Assembly (NCBI RefSeq): GCF_900167395.1
Contig: NZ_FUWK01000002.1
Span: forward strand, 30,001-62,000
Direction: 5' to 3'
DNA: 32,000 nucleotides
Source of the DNA: Nitrosomonas europaea
GTDB lineage: Bacteria; Pseudomonadota; Gammaproteobacteria; Burkholderiales; Nitrosomonadaceae
This document shows positions 9,929 to 19,412 of this stretch, piece by piece (the stretch's first letter is position 1; every line of letters starts with the position of its first letter). The notes beneath the pieces were generated by a model. That model had not been told where the DNA came from and did no database searches. It saw only the letters and a list, made by a program, of their open reading frames with translations. The translations under genes and the position numbers were made by a program.

Positions 9929-12900
9929 ATGCTGAACTGGCTTGTCACCAACGCCCTGCAGCAGCGCGTTCTCGTGCTGGCGCTTGCTATCATCATGGTC
10001 TTCGTCGGGATCAATACGACGCGCAGCGTCCCACTCGACGTCTTCCCCGAATTTGCCCCGCCGATGGTCGAAATCCAGACTGAGGCGCCCGGTTTGTCGA
10101 CCGAAGAGGTCGAGAGCCTCGTCACTATCCCGATCGAGATGGTGGTCAATGGCGTGCCGGGACTCAAGACACTACGCTCGAAATCAGTACTGGGTCTATC
10201 CTCCGTCGTGATGATCTTCGCTGAAGGCACTGACGTGATCCGAGCCCGACAGCTTGTTCAGGAGCGCGTCGCGGTGGTCACGCCGCGCCTGCCGACCAAT
10301 ATCCGTCCACCCATCATGCTGCCGCCCTTGTCTGCGACGAGCCGGGCCATGAAGATCGGCCTGTCGTCGGATACGCTCGACCAGATAGCGCTGTCGGATG
10401 CGGTGCGCTGGACGATCAAGCCCAAGCTGATGGCCGTGCCCGGTGTCGCCAATGTTGCGGTCTGGGGCCAGCGCGATCGCCAGCTTCAGGTACTCGTCGA
10501 CCCCGCCCGCCTTCGTGCCTCCGGAGTAACGCTGGCCGAAGTCCAGCGCGCGACCGGTGACGCTGCCGTATCCCTGGGTGGTGGTTTCGTGGATACACCG
10601 AACCAGCGCCTTGCGGTGCGCCACCTTTCTCCGCTCGAAACGCCGGAAGATCTCGCCCGTACCGTAGTCAAGCTTGCCAACGGGGCGCCGATCAGGCTGG
10701 GCGATGTCGCGACTGTGAGGGAAGGCCATGCCGCGCCGATCGGTAATGCGATCATCAATGACAAACCCGGCATTCTGCTGATCGTCGAAAAGCAGCAGGG
10801 TGGAAACACCCTGGACGTCACCCGCGGTGTCGAAAAGGCGCTCACGGAACTCAAGCCCGGCCTAACCGGCATCGCAGTCGACAGCACGATCTTCCGCCCG
10901 GCCACCTTCATCGAAAAATCGCTCGGCAACCTCACCGAAGCAATGGCGATCGGCTGCGCGCTGGTCACAATGGTGCTGATCCTTTTCACCAGGGACTGGC
11001 GCTCAGCGACGATCAGCCTCACGGCCATCCCGCTGTCACTACTGGGCGCCGCGCTGATGCTGAGCTGGTGGAATATCAGCATCAATACCATGGTCATCGC
11101 CGGGCTGGTGATCGCGCTCGGCGAAATCGTGGATGACGCGATCATCGACGTCGAGAATATCGGCCGACGATTGCGACTCAACGCCGCGCTCGATGAACCC
11201 AGACCGGCGTTCAACGTCGTTCTCGCAGCTTCGCTCGAAGTCCGCAGTGCGGTGGTATTCGCAAGCCTGATCGTCATGCTGGTATTCCTGCCGATCTTCT
11301 TTCTTGAGGGCGTATCCGGCACCTTCTTCCGCCCGCTCGCCACGGCCTATGTACTGGCGATCGGCAGTTCACTTCTCGTCGCGCTGACGGTAACGCCAGC
11401 ACTCTGCCTTCTGTTGATGCCGCGTGATGGCATCCGGCACGCAGACACGAGCTTCGTGCGCTTTCTCAAGGCACGATACCGCCCTGTCCTGCCGCGCCTC
11501 ATCGAACGGCCAAAACTCGCCGTGATGACGATTGTGGTCGGCCTGACGGTCACCGGCATCGGTTATCTGAGTTTCAAGGACCAGTTCCTGCCAGATTTCC
11601 GCGAAACTGACTTCCTGATGCACTTCGTCGAAAAGCCTGGCACCTCGATCGAAGCGATGGATCGGGTGACGATTCGCGCCAGCAAGGAACTGCGGGCCAT
11701 TCCAGGAGTGCGCAATTTCGGGGCGCATATCGGTCGCGCCGAGGCAGGCGATGAAGTCTATGGCCCCAATTTCACCGAGCTCTGGATCAGTCTCGACGAC
11801 AGCGCAGACTATGATGCGAGCGTCGCGAAGATTCAGGAGGTGATCGACGGTTATCCTGGCCTCCAGCGCGATGTACTCACCTATCTGCGCGAGCGGATCA
11901 AGGAAGTCCTGACGGGAGCCGGGGCCACAATTGTGGTGCGCGTTTACGGGCCAGAGATCGATCAGCTCCGCACGATGGCCGAGCAGGTGAAGACGGCGAT
12001 CGCCAATGTGCCCGGCGTCACTGATCTCAAGGTCGAGATGCAAAGCCTCATCCCCCAGGTCCAGATCAAGCCCAAACCTGAAGCTCTTGCCGCTTATGGG
12101 CTGACCACAGGTGAAGTTCGCCGGGCCGCGGCAACCCTGATCCAGGGCGTAAAAGTCGGCGAGATTTATCGCGACCAGCGCAGCCTCGACGTCACGGTCT
12201 GGGGAACCGAGGAGGTACGCGGCGACCTCCATGCGCTGCGCAACCTGATGATCGAGGCACCGGCTGCGGGCGCAACAGTACAAGGAGCCGCTACCGGCGG
12301 TGCGCAGATCCGGCTCGGCGAGGTCACGGATATCCGCATCATGCCCGCAGCCAACGAGATCAAGCGCGAGAACGGCTCGCGGCGCATCGATATCACGATG
12401 AACATTTCCGGTTCCGATCTCGGCGCGGTGGCGACAGCTGTCGAAACCCGCGTACGTCAAATGAAGTTCGCCAGCGGCTATTACCCCGAATTTCTTGGTG
12501 AATATGCCGCACTCCAGCAATCGCAGCGCCAGCTTCTGACGCTCGGACTGCTGTGTCTTGCGGGTATCCTGCTGTTAGTCTGGCTCGAATTCCGCTCGCT
12601 GCGCCTCACAGGGCTGATCGCACTCAGCCTGCCTTTTGCGCTGGTCGGTGGTGTAATCGCGGTCGCGCTGTCGGGCGGCATCATGTCGCTCGGTGCGCTG
12701 GTCGGATTCGTGACCGTCCTCGGCATTACTGCCCGCAACGCCATCATGATGATCAGCCATTTCCGCCATCTGGAAGAAAAGGAAGGCGAAATGTTCGGAC
12801 GCGCACTGATCTTGCGTGGCACCGAGGAACGGCTGATCCCGATCCTGATGACCGTATCCTGCGCCGCACTTGCACTGCTGCCGCTGGTCGTGCGCGGCAA

Positions 12901-13069
12901 TGCGCCGGGCCACGAGATCGAACATCCGATGGCGCTGGTGATCCTGGGCGGCCTGATCAGCTCGACCGCCCTCAACCTGCTGCTGATGCCCACCCTTTAT
13001 CTGCGCTTCGCCAGGGGATCTCAAATACCTCCGCAACCCGAAGCGCCAGCCGCCAGGGTGACCGCATGA
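9929..13069 (+). CDS. heavy-metal-efflux (CzcA/CusA family) RND inner-membrane pump
   Basis: 1046 aa with the CzcA/CusA-like N-terminus [27 protein letters not shown]...[25 protein letters not shown] and a 12-TM, two-large-loop layout. The TM4 motif [15 protein letters not shown] lies at 11114-11158. Confidence 0.93.
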   Translation: MLNWLVTNALQQRVLVLALAIIMVFVGINTTRSVPLDVFPEFAPPMVEIQTEAPGLSTEEVESLVTIPIEMVVNGVPGLKTLRSKSVLGLSSVVMIFAEGTDVIRARQLVQERVAVVTPRLPTNIRPPIMLPPLSATSRAMKIGLSSDTLDQIALSDAVRWTIKPKLMAVPGVANVAVWGQRDRQLQVLVDPARLRASGVTLAEVQRATGDAAVSLGGGFVDTPNQRLAVRHLSPLETPEDLARTVVKLANGAPIRLGDVATVREGHAAPIGNAIINDKPGILLIVEKQQGGNTLDVTRGVEKALTELKPGLTGIAVDSTIFRPATFIEKSLGNLTEAMAIGCALVTMVLILFTRDWRSATISLTAIPLSLLGAALMLSWWNISINTMVIAGLVIALGEIVDDAIIDVENIGRRLRLNAALDEPRPAFNVVLAASLEVRSAVVFASLIVMLVFLPIFFLEGVSGTFFRPLATAYVLAIGSSLLVALTVTPALCLLLMPRDGIRHADTSFVRFLKARYRPVLPRLIERPKLAVMTIVVGLTVTGIGYLSFKDQFLPDFRETDFLMHFVEKPGTSIEAMDRVTIRASKELRAIPGVRNFGAHIGRAEAGDEVYGPNFTELWISLDDSADYDASVAKIQEVIDGYPGLQRDVLTYLRERIKEVLTGAGATIVVRVYGPEIDQLRTMAEQVKTAIANVPGVTDLKVEMQSLIPQVQIKPKPEALAAYGLTTGEVRRAAATLIQGVKVGEIYRDQRSLDVTVWGTEEVRGDLHALRNLMIEAPAAGATVQGAATGGAQIRLGEVTDIRIMPAANEIKRENGSRRIDITMNISGSDLGAVATAVETRVRQMKFASGYYPEFLGEYAALQQSQRQLLTLGLLCLAGILLLVWLEFRSLRLTGLIALSLPFALVGGVIAVALSGGIMSLGALVGFVTVLGITARNAIMMISHFRHLEEKEGEMFGRALILRGTEERLIPILMTVSCAALALLPLVVRGNAPGHEIEHPMALVILGGLISSTALNLLLMPTLYLRFARGSQIPPQPEAPAARVTA

Positions 13070-14454
13070 TCAGAATATCCTTATTCAGCCTGGTTGCCCT
13101 CACCTCGCTCGTGGCTTGCGGCACCACCAGCGAAGTGCGTACGCCATCCTCTCTTCCCGCGGCTCAGATGGAGTTTATCGAAGCGCGCACACCGGGTGTA
13201 GTAACCACGGCGCTGCCTGCCCAATGGTGGCATCTCTTTGATGACACTGAGCTCGACGCCCATGTCGAACGGGCGCTCACCGCCAACGCCGATCTGCATA
13301 TTGCCATCGCCAATCTCGAAACAGCCCGCGCGATGGTCCGACAGGCCGACGCAATCCGACTGCCGGCAACTGTCATCGAGAGTGGTGCAGGCCCTGATCA
13401 GGCGGACAAGCAACCCAGTACCTCGTCGATTCCAAAGACGAGCTACGAACTGGGGGCAACGGTTGCCTATGAAATCGACCTGTTCGGGCGATTGAGCAGC
13501 GGTGTCCGTGCCGCTCGTGCCGATGCCGCAGCATCCGCTGCACTGGTGGATGCCGCACGGATCGCGGTCGTCGGCGACACCGTAGCGGCCTATATCGACT
13601 ATTGCGGCGCGGTGCAAACCCGCACGCTGACCAAATCTCTGGTGCGCGCGCATGAACACAGCTTCCAGCTAATCGACCAGCAGTTTCAGGAAGGCGAAGT
13701 TTCGCCACTGGAAGTCGCCCAGGCTCAGACAGTGCTGCAGCGCGCCAGGGCAAATCTCGCCCCGTTGGAAGCAGATCGCCGACGAGCCCTGTTCAGGCTT
13801 GCAACTCTCGAAGGATTTCCACCGTCAGCGACGGATGGATGGCACCTCTCTTGCCACAGCATCCCGAAGATCGAAGTGCCTCTTCCGGTTGGAGATGGAA
13901 CCGCCCTTCTCGCTCGCCGCCCGGACGTCCGCGAAGCAGAGCAGCGCGTCATCGCTGCGACTGCCCGGATCGATATTGCTCACGCGGATCTTTATCCGAA
14001 AATTTCGCTGGGTAGTTCCCTCGGCCTGATCGCCGGCAGGTTCGACGCCATTCTGACGCCACTCATCACCTGGCCCTTCCCCAACCGGAGTGCTGTACGT
14101 GCGAGAATCGCTGCGGCTAAAGGCCAGGAAGCAGCAGCGCTTGCAACTTGGGATGCAGTCATCCTGCGTGCACTGCGCGAGGTTGAAACTGCGCTCGCGG
14201 ATTATCGGGCCGAACAGGTACGCCGCACTGACCTCATGTCTGCACTCATTGAGAGTGAGAAAGCCGTTCGCCGCGCACAAGCGCGCTTCCGTCTCGGTGC
14301 CGACAGCTATCTGCTGGTGCTCGACGCCGAGCGTACCCGAACTGACATCGCGACATTGACGGCCACTTCGGACCTTCGGATCGCTCAGATCCAGATCGCT
14401 CTATTCCGGGCACTGGGTGGCGGATGGAAACAGCCATCAGGACAGGTGAAATAA
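13066..14454 (+). CDS. efflux outer-membrane factor lipoprotein, NodT family
   Basis: ORF 12553..14454, trimmed to the ATG at 13066, which overlaps the pump stop (ATGA). Signal peptide and lipobox [18 protein letters not shown]|G. Two tandem outer-membrane-efflux-protein halves, with the C-terminal ...[10 protein letters not shown] typical of the family. Confidence 0.9.
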   Translation: MIRISLFSLVALTSLVACGTTSEVRTPSSLPAAQMEFIEARTPGVVTTALPAQWWHLFDDTELDAHVERALTANADLHIAIANLETARAMVRQADAIRLPATVIESGAGPDQADKQPSTSSIPKTSYELGATVAYEIDLFGRLSSGVRAARADAAASAALVDAARIAVVGDTVAAYIDYCGAVQTRTLTKSLVRAHEHSFQLIDQQFQEGEVSPLEVAQAQTVLQRARANLAPLEADRRRALFRLATLEGFPPSATDGWHLSCHSIPKIEVPLPVGDGTALLARRPDVREAEQRVIAATARIDIAHADLYPKISLGSSLGLIAGRFDAILTPLITWPFPNRSAVRARIAAAKGQEAAALATWDAVILRALREVETALADYRAEQVRRTDLMSALIESEKAVRRAQARFRLGADSYLLVLDAERTRTDIATLTATSDLRIAQIQIALFRALGGGWKQPSGQVK

Positions 14455-14466
14455 CCCGATCATAGT

Positions 14467-15153
14467 ATGATGAGCACCATGAGAGTTCTTGTTGCCGATG
14501 ATCATGAAGAAACGCTGAACTTCATCCGGCGCGGACTGACGCAGGCGGGTCATATCGTCTCCACGGTCGACAATGGCCGTGAAGCGCTCTTCCGCGCTAC
14601 CGAGGAAAGCTATGATGCAATTGTCCTCGATCGCATGTTACCCGGACTCGACGGTCTGTCGATCCTCAAAATGTTACGTGCTGGCGGCATCCGAACGCCA
14701 GTGCTGCTGCTCACTGCCATGACCAGGATAGCGGACCGGGTGGAAGGATTGGAGAACGGTGCGGACGATTATCTCGTCAAGCCCTTTGCATTTTCCGAAC
14801 TGCACGCGCGTCTCAACGTGATTATCCGGAGACCTGCCGTTCTGGAACCGGAAACAAGCCTCCGCGTGCTGGACATCGAACTGGACCTCGGCAAGCGTAT
14901 CGCCCGCCGAGGCGGAAGGCGCATCGATCTTCAGCCGCGTGAGCTGCTGATGCTTGAAGTACTTCTGCGTAATCCTCATCGGGTCATGACAAAGACGATG
15001 CTGCTTGAACGTGTCTGGGATTTTGACTTCGATCCTCAGACCAATATTGTCGAAACCCATATCAGTCGCCTGCGCGCGAAGCTCAATGCCGACTTCGATC
15101 AGGATGCGATCATCACAGTCCGCGGCGCAGGCTATATGATCCGCAGCGAATGA
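14467..15153 (+). CDS. OmpR/PhoB-family response regulator
   Basis: Receiver domain (RVLVADDHEE...AIVLDRMLPGLDG...DYLVKPF) plus a winged-helix output domain (LQPRELLMLEVLLRNPHRVMTKTMLLERVWD...VETHISRLRAKL...TVRGAGY). Alternative ATGs at 14470 and 14479. Confidence 0.9.
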   Translation: MMSTMRVLVADDHEETLNFIRRGLTQAGHIVSTVDNGREALFRATEESYDAIVLDRMLPGLDGLSILKMLRAGGIRTPVLLLTAMTRIADRVEGLENGADDYLVKPFAFSELHARLNVIIRRPAVLEPETSLRVLDIELDLGKRIARRGGRRIDLQPRELLMLEVLLRNPHRVMTKTMLLERVWDFDFDPQTNIVETHISRLRAKLNADFDQDAIITVRGAGYMIRSE

Positions 15154-16538
15154 AACTGCATATTCCCCGGACGACGTTCGGCCTTGCTGTCATGGTAAGT
15201 GTGGTGCTTACCGCACTGGCTGTCCTCTCCGGTCTGGTAGGCCGATATTTTGCGCATGAGGAACTTGAGCAACAACTCGATCACCGCATCACCACTGAAA
15301 GCAGCTTACTGATAGAGGAATATGATCGCGGCGGACTTGCTGCCCTTGCTGCCATGGTCGATTCACACCACGATCGTCACGAAAACAGTGGTCTTGGTTA
15401 TCTGCTGGTCGATCATCAGGGGCGCCGGCTGGCAGGCTCACTTCAGGCTGAAGCGCCCAGCAAGGCCGGCTGGCGAGAACACCTTTATGTCGGGAACAAA
15501 ACCACAGGTGATCGCCGCGCACATCAGGCGCTGACTGTAATCCTGCCTGCAGGAGAACGACTGGTTGTCGCTGCAGATCGCATGCCTGTCGAAGAGATCG
15601 ATGCAGTCATCGGCTGGATCACGGCAGGAATGACCTCAGTGATGCTCATGATGGGCATAGGCAGCGCATGGATCCTGGGCCTGATCACCCGGCAGCGTAT
15701 CGACAATATCAGTAAGGTAGCCAATGCAATCGCTGCCGGCGACCTCTCTCGCCGTATCGACCGGAACAATCGTGCAGGTGAGTTCGATCGCCTTGCTGAA
15801 ACGCTCAACCGCATGCTGGATCGGAACGCCGAACTGCTCACCAATCTGAAGCAGATCTCGACCGATATCGCCCATGATCTGCTCACGCCACTCGGCCGAC
15901 TGCAACAACAGCTCGAGCTGGCGCTTACAGACTGTCGGAACACACAGGACTATCGCCACACGATAGAACGCGCGATTGCCACTGCGGTCGAAATTCAACA
16001 GCTCTTTTCCTCTCTGCTCAAAATTTCCGAGATCGAATCCCTCACGCTTCGCAAGACGTTTACCCCGGTATCACTGACGGAAGTCGCTAAACGTGTGACA
16101 GATGCATTTCGCCCTGACATCGAAGAAAATGGCCGTAAGCTGATCGTGCGGCTGGATCACGATCTTCATATCCTGGGTGAACGACATCTGCTATCGCAAC
16201 TGCTGGTCAACCTGATCGAAAATGCCATGCGGCACACGCCTGTCGGGACCACGATCAGCGTCATCCTCAGCCGTGCGGCTGATCACACCATCCTCACAGT
16301 CGAAGATGACGGACCCGGTATTCCAGTCGCCGACAGAGCCCGTGTGATCGAGCGTTTCGTGCGCCTGGAAGCAAGCCGATCTACAAAGGGACACGGCCTT
16401 GGGCTCAGCCTTGTCAAGGCGATCGCGACGGCACATGAGGCGGAACTCATCATGGAAGATAATGCACCAGGGCTGTGTATTCGCCTGTCTTTCACCGCGC
16501 TTCCCATCCGTGATAGAAAGGAGGCAACAAAGGTTTGA
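15150..16538 (+). CDS. sensor histidine kinase (two TM segments, HAMP, HisKA, HATPase)
   Basis: Its ATG overlaps the regulator stop (ATGA). H-box STDIAHDLLTPL, N-box LLVNLIENAMRHT, G1 VEDDGPGI and G2 GHGLGLSLV. A HAMP-like segment follows the second TM helix. Confidence 0.9.
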   Translation: MKLHIPRTTFGLAVMVSVVLTALAVLSGLVGRYFAHEELEQQLDHRITTESSLLIEEYDRGGLAALAAMVDSHHDRHENSGLGYLLVDHQGRRLAGSLQAEAPSKAGWREHLYVGNKTTGDRRAHQALTVILPAGERLVVAADRMPVEEIDAVIGWITAGMTSVMLMMGIGSAWILGLITRQRIDNISKVANAIAAGDLSRRIDRNNRAGEFDRLAETLNRMLDRNAELLTNLKQISTDIAHDLLTPLGRLQQQLELALTDCRNTQDYRHTIERAIATAVEIQQLFSSLLKISEIESLTLRKTFTPVSLTEVAKRVTDAFRPDIEENGRKLIVRLDHDLHILGERHLLSQLLVNLIENAMRHTPVGTTISVILSRAADHTILTVEDDGPGIPVADRARVIERFVRLEASRSTKGHGLGLSLVKAIATAHEAELIMEDNAPGLCIRLSFTALPIRDRKEATKV

Positions 16539-16607
16539 TCAGGGAAAACAATCCGCATTGAATATAGCCATCCTAACGATCCGGACTTTCGCTCCCTCAT
16601 TCCGGAA

Positions 16608-16623
16608 CTATACAAATTGCGAA
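16608..16623. repeat. right arm of the 16-nt imperfect inverted repeat flanking the GC-rich efflux cassette (CTATACAAATTGCGAA)
   Basis: Pairs with 8836-8851 at 15/16 in inverted orientation. It lies about 70 nt after the kinase stop, where base composition returns to host-like values. Confidence 0.4.
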
Positions 16624-16769
16624 GCTGCACTGCTCAGTTGCGGTTGATTAGCTGTAGAACCCGCTTCCTGAAAGTCCAAATCATTCATGGCGAGATATCT
16701 ATCAGTCTCCTGTATATTCACGAATTCGCTAAATCCCCATTACATGAGTATTAGAAAACAGGAGCTTGC

Positions 16770-17579
16770 ATGGTATCTCCACGATTAGTCACTAAAATTG
16801 AAGCAGAAGAACCGACTCTTCGGTTAGCTGTACTCATTGATGCTGACAATGCACAAGCGGCCGTCATTGAAGGACTACTTGCCGAGATTGCGCGATTCGG
16901 GGAAGCAACCGTGAAACGCATCTACGGTGACTTCACCGCTCCTGCAAGCGCTTCCTGGAAAAAAGTACTTCAAAAATATGCCATCAAACCTGTTCAGCAG
17001 TTTGCATATACAACAGGCAAAAATGCCACGGACAGCACACTCATCATCGATGCGATGGATTTACTCTATACCCGAAAGTTTGATGGATTCTGCCTGATTA
17101 CAAGCGACAGTGATTTCACCGGCCTTGCAATGCGTTTACGTGAAGAGGGGCTTACTGTTCTCGGCTTCGGGGAGAAGAAAACACCCGAGGCTTTCCGCAA
17201 TGCCTGCCATAAGTTTGTGTTTACCGAGGTTCTTCGCCCGGATACAGCAACTGAATCAGCTGCACAACGAACCAAAAAGACAGAAAATGATCAGAAATCA
17301 TCCTCGCCACAGCCTGCTGCTCAGGCGCCGGAAACAAAACAGGCATTCCCCAGGAAATTTGTTCTGGCCGCACTCGAACAATCAAGCGATGATGCCGGGT
17401 GGGCAAATTTAGGCAATTTCGGCAACTACCTCAACAAGTTACAACCTGATTTCGACTCCCGACTTTACGGTTACAAAAAACTCTCTGATCTTGTCAAAGC
17501 CAGAACAGATCTCTTCGTAACCGAAGAACGGCAGGTACCGGGATCAACACAAAAAGCCTTGTATCTTCGTGCCAAATAA
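16770..17579 (+). CDS. NYN (LabA/PIN-like) nuclease domain protein with C-terminal OST-HTH/LOTUS domain
   Basis: NYN acidic motifs are intact (LAVLIDADNA; DSTLIIDAMDLL; CLITSDSDFTGLAMRLREEG). A low-complexity linker (TKKTENDQKSSSPQPAAQAPETK) follows. The C-terminal LOTUS-like segment reads DDAGWANLGNFGNYLNKLQPDFDSRLYGYKKLSDLV. An AGGAG motif lies 7 nt upstream of the ATG. Confidence 0.85.
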   Translation: MVSPRLVTKIEAEEPTLRLAVLIDADNAQAAVIEGLLAEIARFGEATVKRIYGDFTAPASASWKKVLQKYAIKPVQQFAYTTGKNATDSTLIIDAMDLLYTRKFDGFCLITSDSDFTGLAMRLREEGLTVLGFGEKKTPEAFRNACHKFVFTEVLRPDTATESAAQRTKKTENDQKSSSPQPAAQAPETKQAFPRKFVLAALEQSSDDAGWANLGNFGNYLNKLQPDFDSRLYGYKKLSDLVKARTDLFVTEERQVPGSTQKALYLRAK

Positions 17580-17759
17580 TTTTTTGACATAGGCACTCAA
17601 TCTCTTTTTAGTTACCAGACACTGCACCGTACAAGTATTGCAGCACCATCCAGCTCTATTGCGCATGGTCGGGATCAGATCACGAATCAAGAAAAAACAG
17701 GTATAACAAAAGTCATTGATCCTGGAGCTGATCTGCCCAGGAATTTCCTGCCAGTGAGA

Positions 17760-18008
17760 ACTGGAGATTCTAGGCCTGTTTCGGACAACAGTAGCATCAT
17801 CAGCGTGGTGCAGCTCTGTTCGGATGGATACATACGCGAGGTATGCAATACCGGAGTGCGCCCTGTCAGATCGAGTAGACGAGATACTTCACGCTTGTCC
17901 CGCAAACGGAACAGCCAGTCACAGGCGCGGTTGCTGTGCACGCAGCAGACGGGCCAGCGCAATCGTAGCCCGGACATCGGATAATGCATCATGTGCACTG
18001 TCATGTAC
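17760..18008 (-). pseudogene. internal fragment of a second, diverged exodeoxyribonuclease I gene (sbcB relic), frameshifted and truncated by the IS element
   Basis: It encodes ...DWLFRLRDKREVSRLLDLTGRTPVLHTSRMYPSEQSCTTLMMLLLSETG. The intact SbcB reads YDWLFRLRDKRAAGNLLDMKTHAPVLHTSRMYSSEYGCTTLVMPLLPETG. Positions 17901-18008 align to 7741-7850 with 5 mismatches plus a 2-nt deletion. The homology stops exactly at the IS inverted repeat. Confidence 0.85.
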
Positions 18009-18028
18009 TAACCTGAGTTCGGGATAAG
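18008..18028. repeat. IS982-family terminal inverted repeat (one end)
   Basis: CTAACCTGAGTTCGGGATAAG is the exact reverse complement of 18987-19007. Base 18008 could equally belong to the sbcB relic. Confidence 0.8.
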
Positions 18029-18031
18029 CCC

Positions 18032-18908
18032 TCAAGCTTTGACCAAGGTATTGACCCTGGTCAGATTCAAGGTAGGTTTGTTATCGGACAAACAGTAAGC
18101 GACGATACCAGCCATTAGGTTAACGACAAAATTGAAGAAAGAGCGATGTCGGGTGTGTTTGATCTGGCAAAGATTCTTCAATTCATCAAAGACGGTTTCA
18201 ATCAGGGAACGGCGACGTAGAATGGCTTTCTCGAACCCGGTACGAGGCGCAGGCTTCATGTTTTTCTTGAAGGGAGTAATGAGTTGAAGGTTTTGCCGGT
18301 CCAGTGTTTCAGTGAGCCACTGGGCAAGGTAGCCTTTATCGGCAAACAACTGGCCGAACAGTCCCTGACAGAGATCGGGCATGGGTTTACGATCGTCAAC
18401 ATTACCGGCAGTGAGCCGCAGACGGATCAGTTCACCCCTGGAATTGATGATGGCATGGAGTTTGAATCCATAGAACCAGCCCATCGAAGTCTTGCCGCGT
18501 CTGGCGCTGTCGGCAAAGACGCGATGGCGGGCGATACGCCGGTTATCGCAAACGGCGATTGCAGTAGCATCAGCGATGGAAATCCCGTCACACTGGCCTT
18601 TGAGCATCTCGAATAAGGCTGCCAAAGGAGCTACACAGCGGGCAGGAGTTCCACACATCGTTGATAGCTTGGCAGCTTTGGAAACTCAGCCTGCCAGTGA
18701 CGACACACGTAAACCAAGTAAAAACTCTTGAACTGGCGAAAGCGCAATTGATGGAACAAAACAGTTAAGGTCATTAACTCCGATAAGCTAACTCGCTGCG
18801 GCGTTTGCGCTTTTTTACCCCTGCTTCCAGAAGATGGCGCTCTAAAGCAGGCTCGAACTGGTGGCAGAAATCATCTGTGAGGCAAAAAAGTTCGGTTAAA
18901 CTGTCCAT
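18032..18908 (-). pseudogene. IS982-family transposase, interrupted by two frameshifts
   Basis: Three consecutive pieces lie in three different frames. Piece 1 runs from the ATG at 18908: MDSLTELFCLTDDFCHQFEPALERHLLEAGVKKRKRRSELAYRS*. Piece 2 runs from about 18780: ELMTLTVLFHQLRFRQFKSFYLVYVCRHWQAEFPKLPSYQRCVELLPAV*. Piece 3 is the 208-aa ORF 18032..18658, which carries the catalytic core. Confidence 0.8.
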
Positions 18909-18986
18909 GAGCGTCTCCAGGATGCGATCGATTTGTTTGTGGAAACATAATCTTACGCAAAAAGGCTGGCGCTCAACTCCTCTTTT

Positions 18987-19007
18987 CTTATCCCGAACTC
19001 AGGTTAG
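18987..19007. repeat. IS982-family terminal inverted repeat (other end)
   Basis: CTTATCCCGAACTCAGGTTAG is the exact reverse complement of 18008-18028. Confidence 0.8.
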
Positions 19008-19412
19008 GTAAGCCTATTCAGATCGTTAAATATATGAGTTCGTTTTTCCAGCTTATCCCGGAGTGATCAGATTCTGACAAAGATTCACTGGATCGATCCA
19101 AGTAGGGCACAGCCTTCGGGAATGCCATTCCCCAAGTGAAGAACGCAGAAGCACATCGTATCCCAATTAAAGCCTCGCACCAAACTCCCGTTAATAATCA
19201 TTGACAGACTTATTTTACCTGCCAGCTCAGCTGGACAAGGTTCTTGAACAATCTGCCAACCAAGGAAATAAAATGATTCTGATACTAGAGGCTTTAGAAA
19301 AAGCCGGAATAAGGCAAGTTAAGCTACGATAAATAAAATTATTATCGACCCTCCAACTGCCAAAAATAAATTTTTCCTCCTCCTTTGTTATGACTTAAAG
19401 CGAGATAATGAA

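Larger units (their letters stand above)
18008..19007 (-). mobile_element. IS982-family insertion sequence (about 1.0 kb)
   Basis: Perfect 21-bp terminal inverted repeats (CTAACCTGAGTTCGGGATAAG at 18008-18028; reverse complement at 18987-19007) enclose a DDE transposase reading frame. The frame has IS982-like motifs (GKTSMGWFYGFKLHAIINSRGELIRLRLTAGNVDD...ADKGY). Confidence 0.85.

Noticed and set aside
8898-12993. Long antisense or out-of-frame ORFs inside the GC-rich cassette (for example 8898..9608 -, 10486..11343 -, 11369..12520 -, 12481..12993 -, 9491..9913 +).
   Set aside because: They fully overlap strongly supported efflux genes. Their Arg/Ala/Ser/Pro-rich, low-complexity translations are typical of shadow ORFs in high-GC DNA. 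None shows a recognisable motif.
19052-19062. CTTATCCCGG, 45 nt outside the IS, resembling the inner part of the IS982 inverted repeat (CTTATCCCGA); considered as the relic of a second IS end.
   Set aside because: Only a 9-nt match. Roughly a quarter of a chance occurrence is expected in a window of this size, and there is no further similarity.
19319-19384. Strong minus-strand Shine-Dalgarno motif (AAGGAGGAGG, 19376-19383 region) followed by a 14-codon hydrophobic TTG ORF (AVGGSIIILFIVA), considered as a type I toxin-like peptide.
   Set aside because: It is too short, the 12-nt spacer is long, the start is non-ATG, and it has no antisense-RNA or repeat context that I can see. It cannot be told apart from chance in AT-rich DNA.
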